Of a DNA stretch of 64,000 nt, positions 41,367-50,716 are shown piece by piece. Each line of letters begins with the position of its first letter. Position 1 is the first letter of the stretch. The position numbers and the translations under genes are program-made. The DNA comes from an uncultured Candidatus Binatia bacterium (GTDB taxonomy: Bacteria > Desulfobacterota > Binatia > UBA9968 > JAJDTQ01), in contig OZ251459.1 of assembly GCA_965242525.1 (NCBI GenBank), forward strand, positions 1-64,000. The letters are read 5' to 3'. The notes below the pieces were generated by a model, which searched no databases, had not been told where the DNA came from, and worked only from the letters and a program-made list of their open reading frames with translations.

Positions 41367-43085
41367 CTAGGTCCGGCGGCCGGCGCCGTGGGCCCGCAGC
41401 ATCTCGGCCGCGTGGCGTTCGGCCTGGGCGGTGATCTCGACCCCGCCCAACATACGCGCCAGTTCCCGCACCCGTTGGGCTTCGTCGAGCTTCCTGGCCG
41501 TGGTGAAGGTCCTGCCCCCGGCCACGCTCTTCTCCACCACGTAGTGGGAGTCCGCGAGGGCGGCGATGGGCGGCAGGTGGGTGACGCAGATGACCTGGTG
41601 GGACTCGGCCACCGCGGCGAGCTTCTTGCCCACCATCTCGGCCACGCTTCCGCCGATGCCGGCGTCCACCTCGTCGAACAGCAGCGTCGGGATCTCGCCC
41701 CGGGTCAACACCAGCGACTTGAGTGCGAGCATGAGGCGCGACAGTTCCCCCCCGGACGCGATCCGGGCCAGGGGTCTCACGGGCTCGCCGGGGTTCGGGG
41801 AGAAGCAGAACTCCGGGTCGTCGAACCCGTCGTCGCCGATCCTGGCCCCGCCCATGACGAACGGCGGGTCGTCCCGGGTCTCGTCCCGTTGGCGGAAACG
41901 CACCTCGAACGTGGTCCGGGCGAGCCCCATGCCTTCCGCCTCCTGCTCCATCTGCCTCTCCAGGCTCCCGGCGGCGCGCTTCCGCGCCCGGGACAGTTCC
42001 TCGGCCGTTGCCCATGCCGAGTCCCGCGCGGCCTCGAAACGCCGGGCCTGGGCAGCCGCCTCTTCCTCGCCGCTCCCGAGTGCGGCGAGCTCCCGTTCGG
42101 CGTGTGCGCCGAGGGCGGCGATCTCTTCCACCGAGGCCCTGTACTTGCGCTTCAGCCGGTTGATCTCGGCGAGGCGGTCCTCGGTGCGCTCCAACTCTCC
42201 GGGGTCGAAACGCAGCCGGTCGGAGTACCGACGGATCAGGGCCGCGGCCTCGTCCAGTTGCGCTGTCGATCCTTCCAGCAGCGCCAACGCCTCGCCCAGC
42301 GCGTGGTCGATCTCCGCCATGTCCCGCAGCCGCGGGAGGTACCGGCGCAGCTCGCCGACCACCGCGGCGTCGCCGTCGTAGAGGAGCAACTCCCCTTCCT
42401 TGCAGGTCTGGTAGAGCTTTTCGGAATGGGCGAAGAGCTGCCGTTTGCGCTGTAGCGCCTCCTCTTCGCCGGGTTCGAGCCGTGCGTCCCGTATCTCCTC
42501 CGACTGGGCCCGGAGAAGGGACTCTTCACGGGCCTTTTCCGCCAGCTTTTCCCTGAGGCCGCACAGCCGCTTCCACGCCGCGGCGAACTCGTCGAACCGC
42601 TCCTTCATGGCCGCGGTCCGGTCTTCGAGGCCGCCGTGGGCGTCCAGCAGTTCCAGGTGGGTCTCGGTGCGGAGCAGGGTCTGGTGCTCGTGCTGCCCGT
42701 AGATGTGGATGAGGCCGCCGCCCACCCGGGAGAGGAGGGAGAGGGGACCCAGGCTGCCGTTCAGGTAGGTCCGGCTTCGACCGCCCCGGCTCACCACCCG
42801 CTTCAGCACCAGCTCGTCATCTTCCTCGGCCTCGCAACCGGCCGACGCGAGAGCGTCGCGGGCCGCCGCGGGCAGGTCCGAGAACAGCGCCTCCACGGTG
42901 GCTTCGCCGGCGCCTTCGCGGACCAGGTCGGAGGAGCCCCGAGATCCCAGCAGCAGGCCCAGGGCGGCGAGCACGATGGTCTTCCCCGCGCCGGTCTCTC
43001 CCGTGATGACGTTCAGGCCGGGCCCCAACTCCAACTCGGCGTGGTCGATCACCGCCAAGCTGTCGATTCGCAGGTGTCGGAGCAT
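41367..43085 (-). CDS. recN: DNA repair protein RecN
   Basis: TGETGAGKT, ASGGELSR, FDEVDAGIGG, QVICVTHLP. Confidence 0.96.
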   Translation of the reverse strand: MLRHLRIDSLAVIDHAELELGPGLNVITGETGAGKTIVLAALGLLLGSRGSSDLVREGAGEATVEALFSDLPAAARDALASAGCEAEEDDELVLKRVVSRGGRSRTYLNGSLGPLSLLSRVGGGLIHIYGQHEHQTLLRTETHLELLDAHGGLEDRTAAMKERFDEFAAAWKRLCGLREKLAEKAREESLLRAQSEEIRDARLEPGEEEALQRKRQLFAHSEKLYQTCKEGELLLYDGDAAVVGELRRYLPRLRDMAEIDHALGEALALLEGSTAQLDEAAALIRRYSDRLRFDPGELERTEDRLAEINRLKRKYRASVEEIAALGAHAERELAALGSGEEEAAAQARRFEAARDSAWATAEELSRARKRAAGSLERQMEQEAEGMGLARTTFEVRFRQRDETRDDPPFVMGGARIGDDGFDDPEFCFSPNPGEPVRPLARIASGGELSRLMLALKSLVLTRGEIPTLLFDEVDAGIGGSVAEMVGKKLAAVAESHQVICVTHLPPIAALADSHYVVEKSVAGGRTFTTARKLDEAQRVRELARMLGGVEITAQAERHAAEMLRAHGAGRRT

Positions 43086-43158
43086 GGATGCGAACCGCCG
43101 TCCTGTCCGATGGACTCGCCCGGGGGCCGGCCGGGGGGTCGCCGGCCCGGACGGGCTC

Positions 43159-44010
43159 CTAGCGCTCCCCCCATTTGAGCTTGTTGCGAAGCACGTCGAA
43201 ATAGGACCGGGTGGGTATCCGCACCAGCGATACTGGCGACTGGTGGCGGCGCACCTCCACCCGGTCGCCGTTGTGCAACAGTATGCCTTCCTGGCCGTCC
43301 GGGATCAGGATCACCGTATCCCCGGCCGACGTCAGGGTCGAACGGATCCGGGCGTCGCTGGCGATAACGATGGGCCGGTTGGTGGTGAGGGTATGGGGGC
43401 AGATGGGGCAGAGGATGATGGCTCCCATGGCGGGATGCAGGATCGGGCCGCCCGCGGCCAGCGAATAGGCCGTCGATCCGGTGGGGGTGGAGATGATGAG
43501 GCCGTCCGCCCTGTAGGTGCACAGGTAGTCGCTGCCGACATACGTTTCCAGGTCGATGATCTTGGACCTGGCCCCCTTGGTGATCACCGCGTCGTTGAGG
43601 ATGCGCAGGTCCCGCACCTCGTGCTTGCCCGAGATCCGCACGTTCAGGGTCATGCGTTTTTCGATGGAGTAGTTCTCCGAAATCGTGCTGTGCAGCACCT
43701 CCTCGAGCTCGTCCACGGCGATTTCGGTGATGAAGCCGAGACCTCCGAGGTTCACCCCGACGATGGGCACTTCGGGCCGCTCCACGAGACGGGCGATGCT
43801 GAGCAGCGTGCCGTCTCCTCCCAGAACCACCACGAGGTCGGCCCGCGCCGCCATCTCCTCCTTGTCCGCCACCCGGCCCCCCGCGGCGCTGAACTCCGCC
43901 TCCACCAGCACCTCCATCCCCCGGCCCTCGATCCAGGGTATGGTCGCCCGCATGATCTCTTCGGCCTTTTCCTCCCCGTACTTCGCGACGATTCCGACGA
44001 TCCTGACCAT
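43159..44010 (-). CDS. nadK: NAD(+) kinase
   Basis: LGGDGTLL, NLGGLGF, LND, DGLIISTPTGSTAYSLAAGGP. Confidence 0.96.
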   Translation of the reverse strand: MVRIVGIVAKYGEEKAEEIMRATIPWIEGRGMEVLVEAEFSAAGGRVADKEEMAARADLVVVLGGDGTLLSIARLVERPEVPIVGVNLGGLGFITEIAVDELEEVLHSTISENYSIEKRMTLNVRISGKHEVRDLRILNDAVITKGARSKIIDLETYVGSDYLCTYRADGLIISTPTGSTAYSLAAGGPILHPAMGAIILCPICPHTLTTNRPIVIASDARIRSTLTSAGDTVILIPDGQEGILLHNGDRVEVRRHQSPVSLVRIPTRSYFDVLRNKLKWGER

Positions 44011-44079
44011 GCCGTTTCCGAGAAGTACCACAGGGCCGCAAGGGATGCCATCCGGCCATGCGCGGCGCGCGCTTGCGGC

Positions 44080-46299
44080 TCACGCCTCCTGCAAGGCGTG
44101 ATAGACCTTCTCCGCGGTAATGGGCAGATCGACGATGCGGACGCCCACGGCCGCCTCCACCGCGTTGGCGATGGCCGGGGCCGTGGGCACGATGCTGTTC
44201 TCCCCGATGGACTTGGCGGCGAACGGACCGGGTCCGGTCCTGTCCTCCACCAGCACGGTCTCCAGGCGCGGAAGGTCCTTGACGCACGGGACGCAGTAGT
44301 CGCCGAGGTTGAGGGTGGTGACCCGGGGCCCGTCCTTGACCATCTCCTCCATGACCGCGTAGCCCAGGCCTTGCACGAAGCCGCCGTCGATCTGCCCCTG
44401 GTGCGTCACCGGGTTGATGATGGCGCCCACGTCGTGGGCGGTGACCACCTTCTCGACGTTCACCACGCCGGTCTCCCGGTCCACCCGGACCTCCGCCACC
44501 TGGACGAAGAACCCCGGCACCGGAGAGCGCTGCGGTTGGTAGGACTTGCGCACCGACAGCGCCCCTTCCTCCTCCACGAGCTTCCGGGCCACCTCCGAGA
44601 AGGCCGTCTCCGCGCCGTTGGCGCTGAAGCGGCCGCGGGCCAGGGTCACCGCGGCGGCCGGGCAGCCGAGGGAGCGCGCCGCGGCCTCGGTCATCCTGCC
44701 GCGCAGCTCTTCCAGCGCCTCCATCAGGCCGCGCCCCACCATGGCGGTGATCTTGCTGCCGCCGGGCTCGGCGTCGGTGTCGAAGGTATCGGTGTCGCCG
44801 CGGGCGACCCGGATCCGGTCCGCGGGCAGGGTCAGCAGTTCCGCGGTGATCTGGCACAGCAGCGTGTGGGTGCCGGTGCCGATGTCCGGAACCGCGGTGA
44901 GCACCGTGACCTCGCCGTCGGCGTCGCACGAGACCTCCAGGTTCACGGTGCCGCTCCCCCCGGTGTGCCGGAAGGACAGGGCCATGCCCCGGCCGGTGTC
45001 GCCGCCACCGGCCTCCTTCCCGTCCCACCCCGCGGCCGCCAGCGCGGCTTCGATGGTCTCGCGGCACCGGACCTTCTCCATGGCCCGCTTGTTGGGCAGC
45101 ACGTCGCCGTCCTGCAGCAGGTTCCTGAGCCGCAGGGTCACCGGGTCCAGGTCGAGCTTGCGGGCCAGCACGTCCAGCAGCGACTCGATGGCGAAGACCG
45201 TCTGGGGCTGGCCCGGGGATTTCATGTAACCGCCGGGAACGCCATTGGTATAGACGTTGGAGGTCCGGACCACGTAGTTGGGGATGCGGTAGGCGTTGGT
45301 GATGAACGTGCCGTCGATCTCCGACGGCTTGAACCCGGAATAGGCGCCGGTGTCGAAATGGATGTCGCTTTCCAGTGCCACCAGCGCGCCGTCCCTTCGG
45401 GCGCCCAGCTTGAGCCGCATCACCGCGGGGTGCCGGGGGTCGCCGGCCATGAGTTCCTCGGTGTAGTTCATCACCATCTTGACGGGACGTCCGGCGGCCC
45501 GGGAGAGGAAATAGCAGACCGGCACGTCCATCTGTGACCCCTTGCCGCCGAAGTCTCCGCCCAGGGCCACGCTGTGGACGTGGATGCTTCCCTCGTCGAG
45601 TCCGAGTTGAGCGGCCAGCATCTTCTTGAGCCGGAACGGCGCCTTGCACGAAGCCCACACGTCGATGCGGCCCCCACGGTCCGCCGCCACCACCGCGGCG
45701 TGGGGCTCCAGGTAAACCTGGTGGACCTGCGGCGTGCGGAAGGTGTGCTCCACCACCACGTCCGCCTGGGCGAAGCCTTGGGCCGCGTCGCCGGCCGCGT
45801 GTTCCCTGAGCGACAGGACGTTGGGCCGGTTCTCCGGCCGCTCGGGCACGCCCGCATAGTCCGCGAGGCCTTCGTGGACCACCGGGGCGCCGTCCGCCAG
45901 GGCCGCTGGGATGTCGGCCACCGCGGGCAGCTCCTCGTACTCCACCTCGATCCGCGACAGGGCCTCGTCCGCGGCCTCCTGCGTCTCCGCGGCCACGGCC
46001 GCGATCTTGTCCCCGATGAACCGCACCTTGTCCCGGGCCAGCACGGGCAGGTCCCGGACGCTGACCCCCACCCGCACGTCCGGCACGTCCGCGCCCGTCA
46101 GCACCGCGTGGACGCCGGGGACCTGCCGCGCCCGGGAGGCGTCCACCCGCACCAGCCGGGCGTGGGCCAACGTGCTGCGCAGGCACTTGCCCCAGAGGGC
46201 GTCGGGCGCCCCCACGTCCGCGGTATAGACCATCTTGCCCGAGACCTTGTCCGGCCCCTCCACTCGCCCTACCGGATGCCCCACCACCCTGAGTTCCAT
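44080..46299 (-). CDS. xanthine dehydrogenase family molybdopterin-binding (large) subunit
   Basis: KVSG..YTAD, YLEPH, LGGDFGGK, GQIDGG..QGLG, AKSIGE, AIANAV; GGAG-rich RBS. Confidence 0.92.
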   Translation of the reverse strand: MELRVVGHPVGRVEGPDKVSGKMVYTADVGAPDALWGKCLRSTLAHARLVRVDASRARQVPGVHAVLTGADVPDVRVGVSVRDLPVLARDKVRFIGDKIAAVAAETQEAADEALSRIEVEYEELPAVADIPAALADGAPVVHEGLADYAGVPERPENRPNVLSLREHAAGDAAQGFAQADVVVEHTFRTPQVHQVYLEPHAAVVAADRGGRIDVWASCKAPFRLKKMLAAQLGLDEGSIHVHSVALGGDFGGKGSQMDVPVCYFLSRAAGRPVKMVMNYTEELMAGDPRHPAVMRLKLGARRDGALVALESDIHFDTGAYSGFKPSEIDGTFITNAYRIPNYVVRTSNVYTNGVPGGYMKSPGQPQTVFAIESLLDVLARKLDLDPVTLRLRNLLQDGDVLPNKRAMEKVRCRETIEAALAAAGWDGKEAGGGDTGRGMALSFRHTGGSGTVNLEVSCDADGEVTVLTAVPDIGTGTHTLLCQITAELLTLPADRIRVARGDTDTFDTDAEPGGSKITAMVGRGLMEALEELRGRMTEAAARSLGCPAAAVTLARGRFSANGAETAFSEVARKLVEEEGALSVRKSYQPQRSPVPGFFVQVAEVRVDRETGVVNVEKVVTAHDVGAIINPVTHQGQIDGGFVQGLGYAVMEEMVKDGPRVTTLNLGDYCVPCVKDLPRLETVLVEDRTGPGPFAAKSIGENSIVPTAPAIANAVEAAVGVRIVDLPITAEKVYHALQEA

Positions 46300-46549
46300 G
46301 GTTGCTCCTCCCTCCTGCCGTTGCTGCGCCGGAACTTGGTCCGGGGCCGCCGTCGCCGCCGGCCCTCGCTGCTGCCCCACCCGCATGGCGCCACACCCTT
46401 ATAGCACGGCGGCAGGCGCCGCTATAGCCGCCCGCGCACTCCGGGCATCGTCGGCCGGGAGCGGCCGAGCCGGCGCGTTGCAGCAAGAGACGGGGAAACC
46501 CTTTCCCGGGCCGGAGTTCCCGTTGACGTGCAGGCGCCGCCGCTCCCAA

Positions 46550-46684
46550 GGAACCTCTGGACAATCGAGGCAGGGGGGCATGAGCGCGTCCTTCGACTCC
46601 GCTTCGCTACGCTCAGGACGAACGGGGACAGGAGTGCCAGGGTGAGGGAATCCATCCCGGATGTCCCGATCGTCCAGAGGTTCC
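46550..46684. mobile_element. MITE-like element with one REP-like unit
   Basis: GGAACCTCTGGACAATCG ... CGATCGTCCAGAGGTTCC; flanks CCAA/CCAG. Confidence 0.75.
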
Positions 46685-46774
46685 CCAGGTGTCGCGGGGG
46701 TGGTTGCTTGAACTTGGCGCAAAATTTGCTATCTCTCGACCTGAGAGGACCGCAGGACCACGGAGTGGAACGGC

Positions 46775-47728
46775 ATGGCGGATGTCAGGGCCATCAAGCG
46801 AGCGAGGACGCTGCACGACGTATCGATCCCGCATCCCTTCCCGTACCAGGGGAGCAAGCGGGGGATTGCCCGTTCCATTCTTTCCCATTTCCCGGACGAC
46901 GTCGAACGTCTGGTCGAACCCTTTTGCGGCTCCGGTGCGATTTCCGTTGCCGCTGCTGCGCATGGTCTTGCCAGACGGTTTTGGCTCAGCGATTCGAACG
47001 AGCCGTTGATGGCCCTGTGGAAAGAGATCCTGGAACGGCCGAACGAGCTGGTCAACCGCTATGAGCAGTTGTGGATCCAACAGCAACGGAACAGAAAGGA
47101 GTTCTTTCTCCGGATACGCGACGAATTCAACGCATCGCATCAACCCCATCTCTTTCTCTACTTGCTGGCGCGAATCGTGAAAGGCTCCATAAGGTACAGC
47201 TCCGAGGGCGTGTTCAACCAGAGTGCGGACAACCGGCGTTCGGGCATGCGTCCGGGAATCATGCGCCGCCAGATCCTGGGGGTCCACGTCCTCCTCTCCG
47301 GCAAAACCGCCCTTTCGACGGGAGATTTTCGGACAGTGGTCTCCGAAACCGGACGGGAAGATCTTGTTTACATGGATCCGCCCTACCAGGGCACCTCTTT
47401 TACGAGGGACCACAGATACTACAACGGGCTGCGTTACGCCGAGTTCGTGGAAGCCCTTCAGGCAATGAACGATGCAGGCCTTTCGTACATCGTGAGCTAC
47501 GACGGGAAAACCGGCGAAAAGAGGCACGGCAAGCCGCTTCCTTCCGACCTTTCCCTCCATCACCTGTACATCCGGGCCGGCCGGTCCAGCCAGGCGACCC
47601 TCCTGGGCAACAATCACCAGACCATCGAGTCCCTGTATCTTTCCCCTGCCTTGACGGAGCGCTTGAGCAACGGGGAACGCAGCCATCCAAAGGTCTCCCC
47701 GGTCCAACAGGAACTTGTTCTCGAATGA
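46775..47728 (+). CDS. Dam-like (D12 class) N6-adenine DNA methyltransferase
   Basis: PFPYQGSKR, VEPFCGSGAI, YMDPPY. Confidence 0.92.
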   Translation: MADVRAIKRARTLHDVSIPHPFPYQGSKRGIARSILSHFPDDVERLVEPFCGSGAISVAAAAHGLARRFWLSDSNEPLMALWKEILERPNELVNRYEQLWIQQQRNRKEFFLRIRDEFNASHQPHLFLYLLARIVKGSIRYSSEGVFNQSADNRRSGMRPGIMRRQILGVHVLLSGKTALSTGDFRTVVSETGREDLVYMDPPYQGTSFTRDHRYYNGLRYAEFVEALQAMNDAGLSYIVSYDGKTGEKRHGKPLPSDLSLHHLYIRAGRSSQATLLGNNHQTIESLYLSPALTERLSNGERSHPKVSPVQQELVLE

Positions 47729-48459
47729 GCGCGATAGCCTATCCTCCGACGTTCCTGGCGCTGCTGAAAAGCGTAAGAGCCAAGAGACCCCGGACTGTGA
47801 TCGAACACATTCTCGAGAACGGACAAATCACCACGGAGGAAATCAAGGACGTCTATGGCTACAACCATCCGCCGCGGGCCATCAGGGACGTTCGAGAGCA
47901 GGGCATTCCCATAGAGACCTTTCGCGTCACCGGCGCCGACGGCAGAAAGATCGCCGCGTACCGATTCGGTGATCCGTCAAGAGTCAGAGACGCACAACTA
48001 TCGGGCCGGACGGCGTTCACTTCCCGTTTGAAGGCTGCACTGGTGGATGAACACGGTGCTCGCTGCAATATCTATCTCGAACCGTTCCCTGAACGGGACC
48101 TGCAAATCGACCACAGGATACCGTTCGAGATCGCTGGAGACAGGGACGGCCTGTCGGAAGACGTGGATGAGTACATGCTTCTGTGCCCATCCACGAATCG
48201 CGCAAAGTCATGGAGTTGCGAGAATTGCGAGAACTGGAGCCGGAAAGAGGCCGCCACTTGCCGGACGTGCTACTGGGCGTTTCCGGAATCGTATCTCCAT
48301 GTCGCCATGCGGGAGATTCGCAGACTGGACGTCATGTGGGTTGCCGAGGAAGTAGGGGAGTACGACCGGCTGCGAGATGCGGTAAAGGGAACCGGAGAAG
48401 AAATCCCTGCTTACGTCAAGCGTGTCTTGAGAAATCGCCTCTCAGGCGGCGATGGCTGA
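47725..48459 (+). CDS. HNH endonuclease, probable type II restriction enzyme
   Basis: LQIDHRIP...LLCPSTNRAKSWSCENC...CRTC; ATGA overlap with the MTase. Confidence 0.85.
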   Translation: MSAIAYPPTFLALLKSVRAKRPRTVIEHILENGQITTEEIKDVYGYNHPPRAIRDVREQGIPIETFRVTGADGRKIAAYRFGDPSRVRDAQLSGRTAFTSRLKAALVDEHGARCNIYLEPFPERDLQIDHRIPFEIAGDRDGLSEDVDEYMLLCPSTNRAKSWSCENCENWSRKEAATCRTCYWAFPESYLHVAMREIRRLDVMWVAEEVGEYDRLRDAVKGTGEEIPAYVKRVLRNRLSGGDG

Positions 48460-48596
48460 AGGATATGAACGGCGGAGTGGCCCTTTCGAGGCTGTTCAGA
48501 CCCGAACCATGTAGCGAAGCCAGGCCATGACAGGTCACAATCTGCCAAGAGCGGCTGGAAGGGGATTGGGTGTACAGGGCACAGTCAAACTTGGAC

Positions 48597-48636
48597 TTGA
48601 CCCTTACGCCTTACCGTATTAGGGTGTTTAGTAAGG
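48597..48636 (+). promoter_or_regulatory. toxin-antitoxin promoter with putative operator repeats
   Basis: TTGACC, 17-nt spacer, TAGGGT; two CCTTAC copies and an inverted GTAAGG overlapping the RBS. Confidence 0.6.
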
Positions 48637-48644
48637 AGGATCGG

Positions 48645-48887
48645 ATGATCGTAAAAATTACGTCGAAGCGTCAGGTCACTTTCCCGGCGCGGGTGCTGGA
48701 CGCCTTGGGGGTGCGGCCCGGCGACCAGCTCGAACTGGAAGAAGGCCCCGACGGCTTCCTTCTGCGGCCCCGGCGGATAGATGTGTCTCTGCTCGGGGGG
48801 CTGCGCGACAAGATCCCGCCCGGCCACCCGCCGTTCGACATCCACAAGTTCCGTGAGGAGGGGTATGACCCGGCGCTACGGGATTGA
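48645..48887 (+). CDS. AbrB/MazE/SpoVT-family antitoxin
   Basis: KITSKRQVTFP..V..ALGVRPGDQL; AAGGAGG RBS. Confidence 0.9.
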   Translation: MIVKITSKRQVTFPARVLDALGVRPGDQLELEEGPDGFLLRPRRIDVSLLGGLRDKIPPGHPPFDIHKFREEGYDPALRD

Positions 48888-49461
48888 CACCTCGGTGCTC
48901 GTGCGGCTGATCACCGGCACGCCTCCCGACGCATATTCGCGCTGCGTGGAGCGGCTGCACGCGTTGGTCGTAAGCGGCGCGGAGGTATTCGCTTCGAACC
49001 AGGTCATCGGGGAAACCTTCGTCGCGATTCAGCACCACTACGGCGTCTCCGGGACCGATGCCCGCTCCGAGTTGTCGAAGGCGTTGCGCAGCGGTCTCGT
49101 GGCCCCCCTGAACGGGCGGGCCGTTTTCGCCGTCCTGGAGGCGTCCGGAGGCCCGGGTCTGTTCGACCGCTTGATTGCCGACGAGTACGCCCGCGCCGGT
49201 CTGGAAGTCCTCACGCTGGACCGCAAGATGGCGGCCCTGCCCGCGGCTCGGCGGCTATACACGGAAGACCGGCGTGTCCCTCATCCCGACCCGGCTCGAC
49301 ACGAGACACCGTCGGACGCCACTTGCGCCTTGGCGAGTGGTGAGCGTATTTTTCGACCGTACCATGAAAGGAAGACCATGAAACTCCATGTCGATAAAGA
49401 GGCCGATGCGCTCTATCTCCACCTCGACGAGTCCGCCATCGTCGCCTCCGACATCGAGTAA
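48865..49461 (+). CDS. vapC: PIN-domain VapC-like toxin with read-through C-terminal extension
   Basis: GIDTSVLVR, VIGE, LFDRLI, TLDRK; overlaps the antitoxin end; about 65 extra residues follow the PIN domain. Confidence 0.8.
   Translation: MTRRYGIDTSVLVRLITGTPPDAYSRCVERLHALVVSGAEVFASNQVIGETFVAIQHHYGVSGTDARSELSKALRSGLVAPLNGRAVFAVLEASGGPGLFDRLIADEYARAGLEVLTLDRKMAALPAARRLYTEDRRVPHPDPARHETPSDATCALASGERIFRPYHERKTMKLHVDKEADALYLHLDESAIVASDIE
49325..49461 (+). pseudogene. remnants of a DUF4258-like / DUF2283-like gene pair
   Basis: WRVVSVFFDRTMKGRP* overlaps (ATGA at 49378) with truncated MKLHVDKEADALYLHLDESAIVAS. Confidence 0.6.
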
Positions 49462-49485
49462 GGGGTGGGAAAGAGGCGCAGGCCA

Positions 49486-50517
49486 ATGAACGAAACCGGG
49501 TCACCGCTTCCTGACGACTATCCCGGCTTTCTCGCGGAGGTGCGAGAACGCATCCGCTCCGCCCAATACGCCGCGCTCAGGACGGTCAACACGGAGTTGG
49601 TGGGACTGTATTGGGATATTGGACGGATGATCGTGCAGCGGCAGGCAAGCGAGGGCTGGGGAAAGGCGGTGGTGAGTCGGTTGGCCGACGATTTGCGGGC
49701 GGAGTTTCCCGGTATGGCTGGGCTTTCGGCCTCGAACCTATGGCGGATGAAGGCGTTTTTCGAAGCGTATCGAGATTCGGCAAAACTCGCACCATTGGTG
49801 CGAGAAATCGCGTGGAGTCACAACCTTGTCATCCTTGAGCGCTGCAAGGACGCGCTGGAGCGCGAGTTCTACATCCGCATGACGCGCAAGTTCGGCTGGA
49901 CCAGGAACGTCCTCATCCATCACATCGAGAACCGGAGCTACGAGAAGTCCCTGCTCGGCCAGACCAACTTCGACCGCGCCTTGACGCCGGAACTGCGCGA
50001 CCAGGCAAAGCTGGCTGTGCGCGACGAGTACACCTTCGACTTCCTCGAACTGGGCGAGGAGCACAGCGAGCGGGAGCTTGAGCGGGCGATCCTTGCCCGG
50101 GTCGAGGACTTCCTGCGCACCCTGGGCGGAAGGTTCGCTTTCGTCGGGAGTCAGTTCCGGCTCGAAGTGGACGGAGACGAGTATTTCATCGACCTGCTGC
50201 TGTTCCACCGACGCTTGCGGTGCCTGGTGGCCGTCGATCTGAAGATCGGAAAATTCCAGCCGGAGTTCGTGGGGAAGATGCAGTTTTACCTGGCGGCGCT
50301 GGACCGTCAAGTCCGCGAGGAGGACGAAAACCCTGCCATCGGGATCGTTCTCTGCAAGGAAAAGAACCGGACCGTCGTCGAATATGCCCTGCACGATGCC
50401 CGCAAGCCTGTTGGCGTGGCGACCTACCGTGTCATCAAGCGGTTGCCGAAGGAGCTCGAAGGGCAGTTGCCGTCCCCCCGGCAGATCGCCCGACTCCTGG
50501 AGGCGGTGGACGAGTGA
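49486..50517 (+). CDS. YhcG / DUF1016 PD-(D/E)XK nuclease-domain protein
   Basis: VNTELVGLYWDIG, WGKAVV..LA.DL, WSHN, DEYTFDFL, IDLLLFHRRLRCLVAVDLK. Confidence 0.93.
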   Translation: MNETGSPLPDDYPGFLAEVRERIRSAQYAALRTVNTELVGLYWDIGRMIVQRQASEGWGKAVVSRLADDLRAEFPGMAGLSASNLWRMKAFFEAYRDSAKLAPLVREIAWSHNLVILERCKDALEREFYIRMTRKFGWTRNVLIHHIENRSYEKSLLGQTNFDRALTPELRDQAKLAVRDEYTFDFLELGEEHSERELERAILARVEDFLRTLGGRFAFVGSQFRLEVDGDEYFIDLLLFHRRLRCLVAVDLKIGKFQPEFVGKMQFYLAALDRQVREEDENPAIGIVLCKEKNRTVVEYALHDARKPVGVATYRVIKRLPKELEGQLPSPRQIARLLEAVDE

Positions 50518-50616
50518 GGCTTCCCTCATCTCCTGGGGTTTGGCGCCGTACCGTTCCCGGCTCACCCTGGATAGAGTTGGATCGCGGCAAACCGGGAATT
50601 TGGCGAGGGGCGCGTG

Positions 50617-50645
50617 TTGCACAACCGCCTCCGATTCCCTATGCT
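50617..50645 (+). promoter_or_regulatory. sigma70-type promoter
   Basis: TTGCAC, 17-nt spacer, TATGCT upstream of the amidohydrolase. Confidence 0.5.
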
Positions 50646-50716
50646 GCATCCCGCAAGCGCCGGAACGCGGGGCGCACGCCGCCCGGCCGCCTGCTTGCGT
50701 CGCCAACGAGGAGGAC

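Noticed and set aside
47071-47724. Long N-terminal extension of the HNH nuclease (462-aa ORF)
   Set aside because: Overlaps the MTase in another frame; the ATGA-coupled start at 47725 is far more plausible
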